Assembly (NCBI GenBank): GCA_013239625.1
Contig: MU056216.1
Coordinates: forward strand, 28,643,051-28,707,050
DNA length: 64,000 nt
Direction of reading: 5' to 3'
Source of the DNA: Lama guanicoe
Taxonomy: Eukaryota
Positions 13,177 to 26,772 of this stretch are shown here, piece after piece. The notes below the pieces were generated by a model. The model saw only the letters and a program-made list of their open reading frames with translations, did not search any database and had not been told where the DNA came from. The position numbers and the translations under genes were made by a program. The number at the start of each line of letters is the position of its first letter. Positions within the stretch are counted from its first letter, which is position 1.

Positions 13177-13663
13177 TGTGGTCAGCTGAATAATGGCCCA
13201 TAGATATCCAGGTCCTAATTCCCAGAATTGTGACTTTAACTTATATGACAAAAGAGACTTTGTAGGTGTGATTAAGTTAAGGATCTGGAGATGGGCCACC
13301 ATCCTGGATTATCTGGATGGAACCTAAATGTAACCACAAGGGTCCTTGTAAGAAGGAGGCAGAGGAAGATTAGACCACAGAAAAGGAGAAGGCAATGTGA
13401 CCGTGGAGGCAGAGATTGGAATGATGTGCTTCGAAGATGGAGGAAGGGGCCACAAGCCAAGAAATAGAGGCCACCACTAAGAGCTGAAGAAGACAATGAA
13501 ACAGATTCCTCTCCCACAGCCTCCAGAAGGAACCAGCCCTGCTAATACCTTGATTTCAGCCCCATGAAACTGATTTCACACTTCTGACCTCCAGAACTGT
13601 GAGAGAGTTTTACACCATGGAATTTGAGACAACTTGTTACAGCGGTGATAGAAAATGCACACA
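13177..13663 (+). mobile_element. MLT1D-like MaLR LTR
   Basis: tgtggt...aataatggccc...gagactttg.aggtgtgattaagttaagg...gacctccagaactgtgaga. Confidence 0.85.
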
Positions 13664-15383
13664 TGTGCTTTCTGGGAATTCTTGGCTTCTAGGGAGTGGA
13701 TATCAGAGCATCTGAATGAGAAATGAGCTTCCTAGGTGTGGCATGTGCACACTGGCCACTGCCTTAGCAAAAAACAGAACCTGAGGTTTCTAGCAGAGCA
13801 AGCCCCAGGGCAGTGAGGGAAGCGAAGCAAGGAAAGAGGCCGAGACTCGCTCTGAGATATGTTACTGCCCAGCCTGTGCTTTCCAGTGAGCTGTGAAGAA
13901 AGACAGCAGGTTGTGCAATGACACATCCGCTCAGAGGGAGGGCTGCAAAGAGGAACTATACCTCCAACTAGAGAAAGAGAGAGAGAGAAGAGAATGAGTC
14001 TGTCCGGCTCCTTCCTGTTTCTTCTCCACAGCTGATCAGGGTTCACCCTTGTGGGGGGTTCATGCCCTGGAACTTGGAGTAGATTCCATCCAGCCCTCAG
14101 AGGCTGCCTAGGAAATCACCCCAAGGCCTCCGCCTACGTTGTTTCATTTACGTTCAAAAATGAAGCTCAAGTTCACTCTTTGGTTGGGTAAGGATGCAAA
14201 AGGTGAACAAAAGCTGGAGGCCTCTTGAGGGCCAGGCTCAGAACCTGCACAGCACACTTCCAGAACTTTCTAACAGGCAGAGTAAGCCACAGGCCCGTCC
14301 AGACTTGGCAGGTGTGGAAATGGACTCCATCTCTTGATGGGAGCAGCTGCTAAGGCACCTGGCAAAGCACCTGATACCTAGAGGGAAGGATGGGTGCAAT
14401 TTGGACCAATAATGTATGGCAGGGAGTTAGCAGAAGAGAGGCCTGGAGGGGGCTGGGCAGGAAGAGCACGGAGCAGGTGACTGGGGAGGCACGCAGACCA
14501 GCTGCTCGCCCACAAGCTGAGCCAATCCCAGTGGCCGGGCCCAGCGCGGAGGACGGTGGGCTAAGCCGGTACCCACATGACCAAAGGCCTTGGGTGCCAA
14601 GCTGGGGCATGTGGATTTTGTTTTGAAGGCAGTAGGGAAATACGGAGGAGGGAGTGGGCAGCTTTCTGGTTTGAAAGCCCTTCTGATCACAACTCCGGCA
14701 GGCCCAGAGGCCAGGGGCCAGCAGCACAGGTAGGAGATGAAGGTGGCCAGTTGGAGGGACGTGTGCAGGGGACATGGTGGAGGCATCCAGGAGATATTGA
14801 GGAGGGAGATGCACTGGGATGTGTTGAGGGAGAGGATGGAGGTCCGACCTGGTCAGAAAGGAACAGGACTTAGGGGAAGATGGTGGACTGAGAAAGGGGT
14901 ACCAGGGTCAGTAGTTAAGGGAAAGAGGTAATGAGTAGTGTATCTGGACACGCGAAAGAGCCCCACACTGGTTTGGAAAGATGCCCTTCCTTGTTCGGCT
15001 TAATACCAGGCTGATCATCAGAATTTCATTATCCTGTATCATCCAGGAAAGGAAATGGGAGTAATTACTGCAGGACAGCAGCCCTCAGAGACCACTATTT
15101 TATGTTCTTGATGCTCTTGAGCACAGTTCAGGGTTCAAGTGGATCTGTGCAGTTCTCACAGGCCTTTGAAGAAGGGTTGAGATGGGGGTTGGAGCAGGGG
15201 CCTTTGATGTGGTCACCATTTCCTGCTTTGTAGGCTTGAAAACAAACTCATAGGCATCTGATATATCAAAATTCAGAATATCACTTCATACAAATTCAGT
15301 GAAAAATACAGAATAGATGGGAAACCTGTATTCACTGCCCAGAGCATTCTCTCCCCCAAAGCAAAGCTATATAGGAAGTTAAG

Positions 15384-15480
15384 TGATCATTAGGGTGCTT
15401 GATAAATCCATCTCCTGAGCCTGGATTTCTCCTGATCCATGATCATTAGGGTGCTTGATAAATCCATCTCCTGAGCCTGG
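15384..15480. repeat. Perfect 41-bp direct repeat with 15-bp spacer
   Basis: 15384-15424 is identical to 15440-15480. Confidence 0.95.
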
Positions 15481-15706
15481 GAGTAATAATTCTTACCTTC
15501 TTTGGGTTGTTACAATGATTAAACAAAATAATGTATGTCACACGCATGGCACATAGACATTGTATATGGCTGGAGCCCAAGAGTCAATTGCTGAAATAAA
15601 ATTTAAAACTAGTTGTAATTTTATCGTTAATAACCATGTGAATAGCCACATCCTATTAGGTAACTGAACTCTTGACAGACCTGTTCAGTTCAGAAGTCAG
15701 AAAAAC

Positions 15707-16065
15707 TNNNNNNNNNNNNNNNNNNNNNNNNNNNNNNNNNNNNNNNNNNNNNNNNNNNNNNNNNNNNNNNNNNNNNNNNNNNNNNNNNNNNNNNNNNNNN
15801 NNNNNNNNNNNNNNNNNNNNNNNNNNNNNNNNNNNNNNNNNNNNNNNNNNNNNNNNNNNNNNNAGGGACCCTACAGGCTGTCTTGCCCTCTTTCTGCCAC
15901 GTGAGGATACGGGGAGAAGATGGCAGTCTGCAACCCTGACTACAGCTTCACTAGCATCCTGATTCCAGACTTCCCACTGCCAGAACTGAGCAAAGTGAAT
16001 ATTTATTGTTTACAGGCCATCCAGTCCATGGTATTCTGTTAGAGCAGCCCAAACTGATGAAAACA
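15707..16065 (+). mobile_element. MLT1A-like MaLR LTR, 5' part hidden by N-run 15708-15863
   Basis: gccacgtgaggatac...gagaagatggc...gacttcc...ccagtc.atggtattctgttagagcagccc. Confidence 0.75.
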
Positions 16066-16854
16066 GGTATTCAGGTTAATTCTGAAATGTCTAACAAAGG
16101 CCACACTTAAAATTCAGGGCTCTAAGTGCTGTCAATCAAAACTATCCTATAATACACCCTTCGAGGCAACATTTTGCTTGGTGTAATGTTTGTATTCCTG
16201 GTATCAAGCCTTTAAAACTGTATGCTCTCATTTTGGTTTTTTTGGTAATTCCCTGGAAATCTTGAAAAATACAGCTTCGTTAGATGAATTTCACGGTAGC
16301 TTTTGCATTTTATGTCCTTTGTCAAGGTCACCTCCCAGGGAACAGCGTCTTGTGATTCAGTTTACTGCCCGAAGCAGTTATTTGGCTTCAGGACTTTTTC
16401 AGTTTGGGAGAATGATTCTCAGCGGGTTTTCTTCAGCCCAACAGAATGTTAGCCTAGGGAATCTTAATTCCACTTAATTGCCCTCCCTGAATCTTGCTGT
16501 TTTCTCTTGACTGCTCTGGGTTTTTCTGATGATGAGAAGTTTTACTAGAGGAAAGAGTTTAACATCAGAGGATAAACTGGTGCCAAGTAAGGATGAGTCT
16601 GGAGGGCGTTGAAGGAAGGGAAGCCCTTTGGTAAAGTTCTAGATTCTCTGTCAAACAACAAGTACCACGGAGCAGCTGTTATGTACAGAATACTATGCTC
16701 ATTGTTGGTAAAGGGACGCACAAAGTCGTGTTATCAACACAGGATTTGAGAGATATGCTTTCAACTTATGAAAAGTTAAAGAAGACAAGAGAAAGACCAA
16801 GATGGGTTAATGGCTGATGCTATTAATTACTGAAGTAATAGTCTCAACAGACCC

Positions 16855-16993
16855 CCCCCCTTTTTTTTGAGGGGGGAGGTAATTAGGTTTACTTATTTCT
16901 TCATTTTAAGAGAAGGCACCGGGGACTGAACCCAGCACCCTGTGCACATCAAGCATGCGCTCTACCATTTGAGCTATACTCTCCCCCGCCCCT
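16855..16993 (-). mobile_element. Vic-1-type SINE
   Basis: Reverse-complement SINE body; TSD AACAGACC. Confidence 0.85.
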
Positions 16994-17899
16994 AACAGAC
17001 CCTTTTTGATGTCATCCTTTCACAAGGTACTTGGTCCTAGCCACTGGGATACAACGGTGAACAAGCCACCTGGTGAGGCTCCCTGGGGGACTGGCCTTCA
17101 ATTCTAACTCAGGGGAGGAGTGGGGGAAATGATGGTGTGAACAGAGGCATGAAAATCCAGGATGGATTTATGTGACCATGAGGAAATCATTTGCACTTTT
17201 TCTTCCAAAGCCGTCAGCTGGGCCTGGATCCCTTCAATAGATGAAACGAGAGGGAATTGTTAGGAGACTTAATTTTTGATTTAGCAGCTCTGAGCTGTCC
17301 CAAAATTAGGTCAGTCGCTTTTACTTTCTGGATGGAAAAGGCCCTGCTGTGCTGGAACCTGGCACGCCGGGCAGGATAAAGTTCTAGGGCAGGCTTGGGG
17401 CATGGTTCTGAAAAGCTGGAGGGAAGTGAGAGCTGACTCACCTGTGTTTGAACCCAGTCCCTCTGCAGCTTTGCAGACGCACAGGCCTGGGACCTGCGCC
17501 AGCGCCGTGTCACACTCGCAAACCCCCTGGGTTCACACTACAGGCATCGATGGTCCTGCTAAGCTGGGGCGCTCTTCCTGTTCTAACCAGGGAAGCAAGA
17601 GCCGGGGTTCTCTCGGGCCAGAGACCCCTGCCCTGGCGTCTGGTCTGATTCCTGTCCCTGGGCACAGTAGGACCCTTTGAGGAGGAACTAGAGTGAAGGC
17701 AGGGATGCCGTTTGTGTTAATGGAGTCCGTCTTAAAGGATGAAGGAAACTGAGAGGTCACCCAGGCTCGCCTCTTTGCTAAAAGATGGTCAAATGCACAA
17801 GATCACCCAGCTTGTTAGTGACAGAGCCAACCCTGATTGCTACCACGCTTCCTGCCTTTTGTGGAAACATGACATGGTCCAACTCCTGGGCTAAGGTGT

Positions 17900-18730
17900 G
17901 CCACCAGCTGTTCTAGGTAACCTCAACTTCCACGTATCCCTGACACTGAAACTTGCCTTTCCTTCCTCTACAAATCATCTTTTTATCCTCCTTTGTTCCT
18001 TCACTTCTTTCTCAGAAAAAACAATAGTATCCTCCACCCCAAAGTTTATCTCATGTGTCCTTTCAGTAACTGATGCATCAGCCTCTCCCTCCCAGCGGCA
18101 CTGCGCCCTCGCCAGCTGTCTGCCGGTACCTCCGTGTTGGCCTCTCAGGAGGTGCGTCTTTAACCATTGGTCATCTCACCTGCTGCTTGTATAACTTTAA
18201 TTATTCTACATTTGTCTCCAGCTCCTACTGATTTCCTGAACTCTAAAACCATGCAGCAAATTGACTCAGACATTTCCACGTAAAGTTTCTTGGACACCTT
18301 AAGCCAGCAAATCTCAAACAGAAACATCACCTTTATCTCTAACCTGCCCCCTCCCCCACAGTCCCCGCTCTGAGTGGCACCACCAGACACCTCGGGACTC
18401 AAACCAGGAACCCAGGTGTTTGCTTCCACTCCTCCTCCTCCACCTCCGTGGCGGGTGGGCCAGCTTCTGTGTGCTCTGCCCCTTCATCTCTCCTGTTCCC
18501 CTTAATTTAGTTCTTCAGCTGGGAAACCTGCATTCATGCTTTATGACTTGAGCAGCTCAATTGTCATCGCCCCCAGGAAGCTTTCCAAAAGCCTGTTCCA
18601 ACTATTATGTAATTGTTGGGTTTTTTTTCTCTCTTTCATTAGACCATAAATCTTTAAAGGCCAAGGCATTTTTTTCCTTCATGTACCCAGCATGACATTT
18701 TATCAGTGATTGTTCAATGTATGAATGTGT
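17900..18730 (+). mobile_element. L2 relic
   Basis: L2-type motifs (gacatttccac, ctcaaacagaa, ttgttcaatgtatgaatg). Confidence 0.55.
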
Positions 18731-21585
18731 GAGGATATAAACGAACAAAGTGAGGAAATAATACTTTTTTCCCGTAGCTGCAGGAAGGATTCATGGTCAA
18801 ACGTGGGTGTTTCCATTTTTACCTGCCACTCGCCAGAGGTTTTATCACTTTTTTTTCCCCTAGGCATATTTTCTGTCGTTCTATTTCATTCTCTGCTTTA
18901 CTAACTACAAAGGGGAATAAGACTCAAGGCTCAGGATACACCCTAGTGGCTGGAAAGTCAATTCTAGTTTCCTGGACCAGAGAATTAAGTGAATATCAAT
19001 ACTCAAAGGAAGGTGAATTTGCAAACCGCAGGTAGACGAAATTAGTGATCAGAAATCCCACTGTTCCACAACAGAGTCTCCACGTCCCTTCCATGGCTGG
19101 CTGTGGAAGCACCACTGTTAGACATTGTACCTCCCTCCTGTTCTCGCGGGAGAGTTGGCAGTTATGGCTCATTTCAAGGTATAGCGTTCATTGTTCGTGG
19201 GTGAGAGCAGATCATAAAACACGAACGTGGAGACTTCCATCATGGCCAGTCTTGAGGCTAGTCCCACGGCACTTTCACAGAAATGGAGACCTGAAAACAG
19301 TTGTCAGCCTAATTCTGTAAATTTCCAGATTGGCATCACTGATTAGAATTTACCTAACACTTACTAATTACTCACATCATGCTGTGAGTCATGTAGTCAC
19401 AACTGGAAAAGCCACCTGGCCATCCCACCAACATTTTTTTAATAGCATAAATAGGAAGAGGACAGTGAACATCACACACACACCAGTTTGTCAAGTCATC
19501 CTTGGTGTTTCTTTTTCTGTGAATTCTGATGAAAGGAAACAAACCTGGGGAAAGGATCATTCTGTTTATTTATGCAGGACCTTTTCAAAATTTGGGGAAG
19601 AGAAGCCAAGTCAAAGAGTGGAGGGCATTCTCCTGAATGGATCAATATGCCCCAGCCAAGGTCTAGTTCTTTTTAGGTAAGTAGGTGAAAGGGTGATGGT
19701 AGTAATGTGGATCCTTGTAGTTCTGGCTGTAGAATTTGCCCCAGGCTGCTGCAAAGTCCAAATTAAGGACAGGGGTTCCTGGTCATATATTTAGAGACAA
19801 CTATCAGTTCAAAACCCTTCTTTGGTGTTAGTAGAACCAGTCTGGCATTCATCCACTGTAAGAGGAATGTGTGTACTTGTGACTCAAACCATCAACTAAG
19901 AACTGGCCTTGACCTGTGGGGAAGGACAGTGGTGATGAGAGAAACCCGACACGACCTTGTTGTCAGTTTCAGCTGAATCATGGGGTCGAGAGATGGCTGC
20001 TGCTGGTTCTGCCTTCTGCAGAGAAATTTGTTAGTTAACCAGCATTTGCCAAGTGTCTGCTCGATTTAGAGCTCGGGTCGTGTGGACTGGCTAAGTATGT
20101 GCTCTTCAGCTCATAAATATATTCAGCATTTTGGAAAGACGTTAACTATGTGTGCAGCTATGTATTTTTCTACGAACCGTCCCCTAATGATTTTACGGAG
20201 GGCTGCATCAACTCTGTGATAGTTCTCTTTCACAGAAGTGATGATAAAATGTGCTTAACTACGTTGATATTTCGGTCTTCATGTTCTTACTGCATGAAAC
20301 CACGTATAGCAGCCGACGTGAGTAGTGTCTGTGGAAGAGGCACATTCAGGTATAAGTTATTCCCTTTCAGTTGCCTCTGTAGAGCCTGGGCACTGACCTG
20401 TGCGGAGGCAGGGTCCTCTTCATGTGTCTCTGTAACAAAACCCAAAATGATGCTTAAAACTGGAGATTGTGTGAGAAGTTGTTGGAACAACTGGATCCAC
20501 CTGTGGAGTGAATAATGTGTGATTTTTTTAAAGTATGCTTAGGGAAATTGTAAATCTTTAAGACATGGCTTGTTATTAGTTTTATGTACACAGTGTAATC
20601 AGCTAGGAAAACTGCAAGTAACAATATCTGGTTAAAGTGATGTTTTTCTCAAAGAACAAGAAGTCTGGAGGTAGGAAGCTGCAGCATTGGTTTAGCTGCC
20701 CAACGATGCAAATAAGGACCCTGACTCTTTGTCTTTTGGTCCTGCCCCTCTTAATGTGTAGTCTTTTGTTACCATGCTTGTCACGCTGTGATCATAAGAT
20801 GGCTGTCATGGCTCTGGGTACCATGTCTGTATTCCAGGCAGGAGGATAGGGAAGGGCAGTGCCTGTGGCCATTGCTTCTGGCCTGGCTGTTTTATACAGA
20901 AGTAAAAGCTTCCTCAGACACCCTCTCTTCCTCACAAGAGCACCACCTTTGTCTCATTGGCCAGAACTTGTCACTTGGCCATGGTTAGCTACAGAGGGAC
21001 TTGGAAAGAAGGATTACATTTTCCAGCTTCTGTAGTGAAGGCTGGTAAAGCAGAGGCTGGTTAGGAAGAAGCTGTCAGGCCAAGGAGGACAGTTCTGGAT
21101 GCAGTGGTCGCCTCGTTTGTCAAACTGGCCTTTTTTTTTTTTTTTTTGATTGCCGTTGTTTTACTACTTATGATGAGTTATCTGCCTTTCTATCTTCATT
21201 TCCTCAAAATTAAAGCCCTAAAAGTTTTCTGCTTTGACTATGCAGAGTGTCAGAAATCTAGAATTGATAAATAAAACAGCAACCAAAAAACTTACATTTT
21301 CATTGCTCTGGTGGTATGTATTTCTATACTTTTTCCATTAAAAAAACTTGAGGTGAAATCCACATAAGATAGACTTAACCATTTAAAAAGTGTCTTTAAG
21401 TGGCATTTAATATGTTTACAATGTTGTGCAACCATCACCTCTGTCCAGACCTAAAGATATGTTTTTGAACAAGTGATCACAAATGCTGGGGATGGTCTGG
21501 TCACCTGTGTTGAAACGACTGTCAACACTGCCTGCTGGACTCACCCCAGGAGCTGTGGGTTTATGAACCTAAACTTCATTATTGA

Positions 21586-21748
21586 ACTCTATTTTTATAT
21601 TTTTTAAAATTCGTATTTATTGATTTTATCTTTTTTGGCGGGGGTAGTTAGGTTTATTCATCTATTTATTTCATGAAGGTACTGGGGCTTGAACCCAGGA
21701 CCTCATGCATGCTAGGCACGCACTCTACCACTGAGCTACACCCTCCCC
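21586..21748 (-). mobile_element. Vic-1-type SINE with extended tail
   Basis: TSD ACTTCATTATTGA at 21573-21585 and 21749-21761. Confidence 0.9.
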
Positions 21749-22483
21749 ACTTCATTATTGACTTTACATAAGAGAAAGATATCTTTCGGACTCACTGTTA
21801 TTGGACAACTATCACGATTCTCAGAAACCTCCTGCTCTCCCCCTCTCAAACGTCCCTCAGCTGCAAAAGTTGCGGTGAGAAGCTGTCTGTAGGCTGAGGA
21901 CCCGTTGTGTGACCACTCTACGGTGGCTTGGGTAGCAGTGCAGTTCACACAAAAACAAACAAATGATGACCCAACTGAGCCAGGGACAAGGCCATGAGTG
22001 GACTTGGTGTGACATGGGAATAGAATCTCTCCTTTGAGTCACCCACTGGGAGAGGAATTTTCCAGGTTAAGTCCTTGGGTCATGTGACTCATCAGAAGGC
22101 CTGGTCACTATTTAACCTTTTTTTTTTTTTTAATTGAAGTAGGGTCAATTTACAGTGTTGTGTCCATTTCTGGTGTACGGCAGAATGTTTCAGCCAGACG
22201 TACGTACACATATTATTCAACCTTATCAACAACTTTTATTTGCAGAGCCCTTTCCCCTCCTTGGCACTGTCACAGAACCAGCCTCACAACAGTCCCACAA
22301 AGGAGGCCGAGCAGGTGTTTCCATCTTACAGAAAGGAGCTTGTCCTCTGGGAACACTGCCCACAGTCAGGCAGTGGCTGCCTCCCTTGCAACCACTCACC
22401 TCCTCTAACTGTGGAGGCAGAAAAGGAGGGCCACGAGGCCCCTCACATTACAGAATATCTCAGAGAGTTTGATTTGAATTGCC

Positions 22484-22620
22484 TTTTTTTTTTTTTTTGG
22501 ATGGGGGAAGATAATTAGGTTTACTTATTTATTTATTTTTTGGAGGAGATGCTGGGGGTTGAACCCGGGACCTTGTGCATGCTAAGCATGTGCTCTGCCA
22601 CTTGAGCTCTACCATTCCCT
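22484..22620 (-). mobile_element. Vic-1-type SINE
   Basis: SINE body with poly(T); short TSD TGATTTGA. Confidence 0.85.
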
Positions 22621-22784
22621 GATTTGACTTTTATAAATGTATTCTACAAACAGTGGGTTTTCCATTTAGTGGGTTCTGAACAGTATGAACAAAAAAACTG
22701 AAAGAAAATAGAATAACAATAAATGCACATCAGAGTGCATTGCAGTCATTGTAAGTATTCTTGCCTGAAATGTTTGCTTCAGTC

Positions 22785-22795
22785 GTGTGTGTGTG

Positions 22796-22826
<31 letters not shown>
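22785..22826. repeat. (TG)n microsatellite
   Basis: About 20 GT units with one interruption. Confidence 0.95.
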
Positions 22827-24350
22827 TTACTGGGTCATTGTGTAAATGTGTTTCTTAATGTGAGTTACAGTTTAACAGGTTTGAAAGCTGTGGACAGAAA
22901 AGGCTGTGGGCCTTGGGCACCGCTGGGATCTGAACATTGCCAGCCTCAGGCCTCGCCCGCTGCCCTGACCATCCAGATATCACCGGGCTGGTAATGCCAT
23001 GCGTGTGTTCAGAGTCCTGTGCTCTTTATCACAGGCAAAAACTGAGTGTGACCAGCTGCCCCGAAGGCAAGTTCCAAAAATCAAGAATAGGACTCTCACA
23101 GGTTGTACAACTTAGCAACTTTCCAGTGGCAAAAACAGTGCCAGTCCTGGCTTTGCTACCCCCACTTATTTTGTGAACATATTTGAACATCCTAGGGCAT
23201 TTCCACAGCCTCGGGCCAGGACGCTGACCTGCCCCCTACCCCTGAGAAGCAGGCTGCAGAGAGCTCTGGCCAAAATCACCCGGCGGAGACCACCTGTTAA
23301 CTTCCTTTTGTACTTGTGCTTCTCCGCACCAGACATCCCAGATCACTTATAGTTCCCCAGATTCTCTTTTTGTGGAAAAAAACATTTATTTCATCTGTTG
23401 CAATTTGCCCCTGTATTTTGCTTCTGATAAACTTAAGTCTGATCGTTTTCTTAGGCAGTGTCTATCTACAGGAAGGCACCCAGAAAATGAGAGGGTAAAA
23501 CATTTAGCCTAGTGATTGACTTTTGTTTTTTCCTGGCATGTTGAATTGGCTAGTTTTCATGGTGTTCCCTAGACAGGACTTGCCGTGATAGGAAGTGCAT
23601 AGCCATTTGGTTTCTGTCCCTATTGCATTTCTGAAGCTGTATCACTCAATAAAAATTAATTGAGAAAACTGATTATAAACCTCAGGACAAGGCTACTAAG
23701 AAATATAAAAGGTTTAATTTTAGACTCTTCACTATTTAGCAATACTAGTTTAACTTAAATGTAGTGGGTCTTTTGTACGTAATATGAAAGAGACATTTGG
23801 AATACTGGCAATCACAATGATGGTAATGATAATAATGTGATGTTTATTATACTCAGGGCGCTGTGTTCATGATTTCATTTATTTCCTTTAATTCTTACAA
23901 AAACCCTCTGAAGAAAGTATGACCATAATTTTACTTTCAAGGAAACAGAATTGTAAAGAAGATAAATAACTTTGAAAGTTCTCCCTTGTAGGATGCCAGA
24001 TTCTCAAGCTGAATCTTCACGGAGGGAAAGGATTTAGTGCCACGTGTGGAGCCCTGTCAGTCATTTTCATGGAGGGATGGATACGTCTTCCTTCCCTCTC
24101 CTGCTTGACTGTTTGGCCTGTCAACTCACCAGGTGCAAATAACTAGGGGGATGTCAGGGGAAGACTCAACACATTCCTGAATGGGAGAAGTGAAGGTCAG
24201 TTCCCAGGAGCAGACCCCAGGATGCCCAAGCATGGACCTGTCTGAGACCCAGGCCTGCAGGGGGAGAACAGAGGGCTTGTTGTGCAGGGAGATTAGATCC
24301 AGACCCAGTTAACATGGCGGGGAGATGGGCTGGTCAGGGAGTCGGTGAGT

Positions 24351-24888
24351 GTGGATTGGTATCCTGTTGCTGCTATAACAAATTGCCAAAAACTTGGTGC
24401 CATAAAACAATAAACACATGTTATCTTTTGTTCCAGAAGTTAGAAGTCTGAAATGGGACTTATTAGACAAAAATCAAGGTGTTGGCAGGGCTGTATTCCT
24501 TCTGGTGACTCCAGGGAAGAATGAGTTTCTTTAACTTTTCCGGCTTCAAGAACCTGTCCACACTCCTGGGTTTATGATTCTTTTCCATCTTCAAAGCCAA
24601 CAAGGGCAGGTTGAGTTCTCACATCAAATCCCTCCAACCTAAGTCCACACTCTTACTGTATCTCTGACTTTTCTGCCTCCCTCTTCCACTTATAAGGACG
24701 CATGTGACTCCTTTGGACCCACTCATTATCTTAGATAATCCATGATAACCTCCCCACCTAAAAGTCAGCTGACCAGCAACCTTCATTCCATCTGTAATCA
24801 TAATTCTCCTTTGCCATGTAACCTAGCATAGTCACAGATTACAGGGATTGGGACATAGTGCTTTGAGGCTATGACTCTGACTATTGCA
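24351..24888 (-). mobile_element. MLT1(C/D)-like MaLR LTR
   Basis: gctgctataacaaatt.cc..aaactt...aaatcaaggtgttggcagggctg...cttataaggac. Confidence 0.8.
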
Positions 24889-26195
24889 GTGGCCTCTTCG
24901 ATGAAGCAACATTTGACCTGAGAAAACCAGTAAATGTCAGGTTGTGAGGGAGCATGACAGGTAGCATCCCAAGCGGAGGTTACAATCTGTGCAGATGAAG
25001 AAGAGCATAGCACGTCCGAGGAGCCCACACCATGCTGGCTCCCAAGGCCAGGGTAAGAATTTGAGAGCTTATGCTAAGTACAGTGGAAAGCTTTTAAAGG
25101 CTTTTAGGCATCAGGAAGACTTGATCCAGATCGCTCCACTCTGTGGAGATGGATGAAGGAGGCAAGAGGGATATGAGGGACCAGTTATTATCATATACCT
25201 GCCCTCCTGGAAATACGTTCCACTAGAGTTGGACAGAGATTCACCAAAATCCATTTCCTTTCCCTAGATATACAGTTACAGCACATTTCCCAGCATCCCG
25301 GTATTTTAGTGGAGCTCTGGGACTAGTTCTTGCTGAGGGATTGTGACCAGAGGCAGTAAAGAACAGGTGGGCCTTCTCCTCGCTCTGTCTCTGCCTTTTC
25401 TACAGAGGTCTTGGGTGCCATGTATGAAGATGGCCGCATTATGAGAAGGAAGCGTCCTGGGTTCCTGAATGACACTGTGGAGCAGAGCCCCAGTATTGTT
25501 ACGACTGGTGTATGTGAGAGGAAGCAAAACACTTCACTCTGTTAAACATCTGAGATTTTAGAATCATCTTTTGCAGTAGTTTGCTAATCCTGGCTAATAT
25601 ACAACCAGACAGACAGACAAATAAATTAATTAAACAAAATAATTTGGGGCTTTAACAAGGGCTATGAAGGAAATGAATGGATAAGGTGATGGGGAATAAT
25701 CAGGGTTGCTCCCTCAGAAGGATGGTCTGGTGAAGTGGCATTTGATCTGAGGACTGACAGACGAGCAGCAGCAGCTCAGAGAGGGGAGGGAAGAGCTTTC
25801 TGGACAAAGAAAGTAATAAATATGACAACCCTGAATGGGGAAACACTGACCATGTTGGTAGGAGGGAAAAAGTGGCCACTGTGGCTAGAGCCAGAAGCAT
25901 GGTCAGAAAGTCCCACTGGGGAAAGATTCATGAAAAGATTCCAGCCTTGGTGCTTCTCCTACAGGTGTCAAAGTTCTGGAAGGATTTCTCTTCTGGACAA
26001 TGTACTCAGAGGAAACAGTGCTTTCCCCTGCTTTCTTCCTAGCTTTTACCACTGGATGGAGCATAAATAAGGTTGGCAAGGGTGCAATCAGGGAGGCCAG
26101 TTAATGCAAAAGTCTAGACAAGAGATTCTGGTGACTTGGACTAGGTTGATGGCTGTGCTGATAGACAGAAGTGACCAGATTTAAGATGCATTTTA

Positions 26196-26321
26196 TTTTT
26201 TTGTGGGTGGGGGGAGGTAATTAGGTTTATCTGTTTTTTAGAGGAGGTACTGGGGATTGAACCCAGGGCCTTGTGCATACTAAGCATGCATTCTACAACT
26301 TGAGTTATACCCTCCTCCCTG
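26196..26321 (-). mobile_element. Vic-1-type SINE inserted in L2
   Basis: TSD AGATGCATTTTA at 26184-26195 and 26322-26333. Confidence 0.9.
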
Positions 26322-26446
26322 AGATGCATTTTAAAGACAGAGATGGTAGGACTTACAAAGTGGATATCGAAGGTGAGAGAAAAATCAAGGATGTTGCCTG
26401 AGCTTTTGACTTGATCTTGAGTTGATGAGGGTGACATTTACTAAGA

Positions 26447-26772
26447 TGCAGTAGACTGAGTGGAGCGAATTGCCCTCCCCAGTGTGGGTGGCCTTCACCC
26501 AGGCAGCTGAAGATGTGAATAGAACAAAAAGGCTGAGTAAGAGGGAACTCCTCCTGCCTGACTGCAGTGCTGTCTTTTCCTGCCTTTGTACTCAAGCTGA
26601 AACATCAGCACTTCTTGGGTCAAGCGCTTGCTAATTGCAGATCTTGGGAAATTCCCAGCCTTGACAACTGTGTGAACCAATTCCTTAAAACGCATTTCTT
26701 TAGCTATCTATGTATCTGTATCTCTCTCTCTATTCTGTTGGTTCTGTTCTCTGGAGAACACTAACTAATACA
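26447..26772 (+). mobile_element. MLT2D-like ERVL LTR
   Basis: ttgccctcccca.tgtgggtggcct...aatagaacaaaaaggctgagtaagagggaa...ttctgtt..tctggagaac.ctaactaataca. Confidence 0.85.

Noticed and set aside
15384-15480. Repeat-spacer-repeat resembling a CRISPR unit
   Set aside because: There are only two copies, the context is mammalian MIR sequence, and no cas genes are present.
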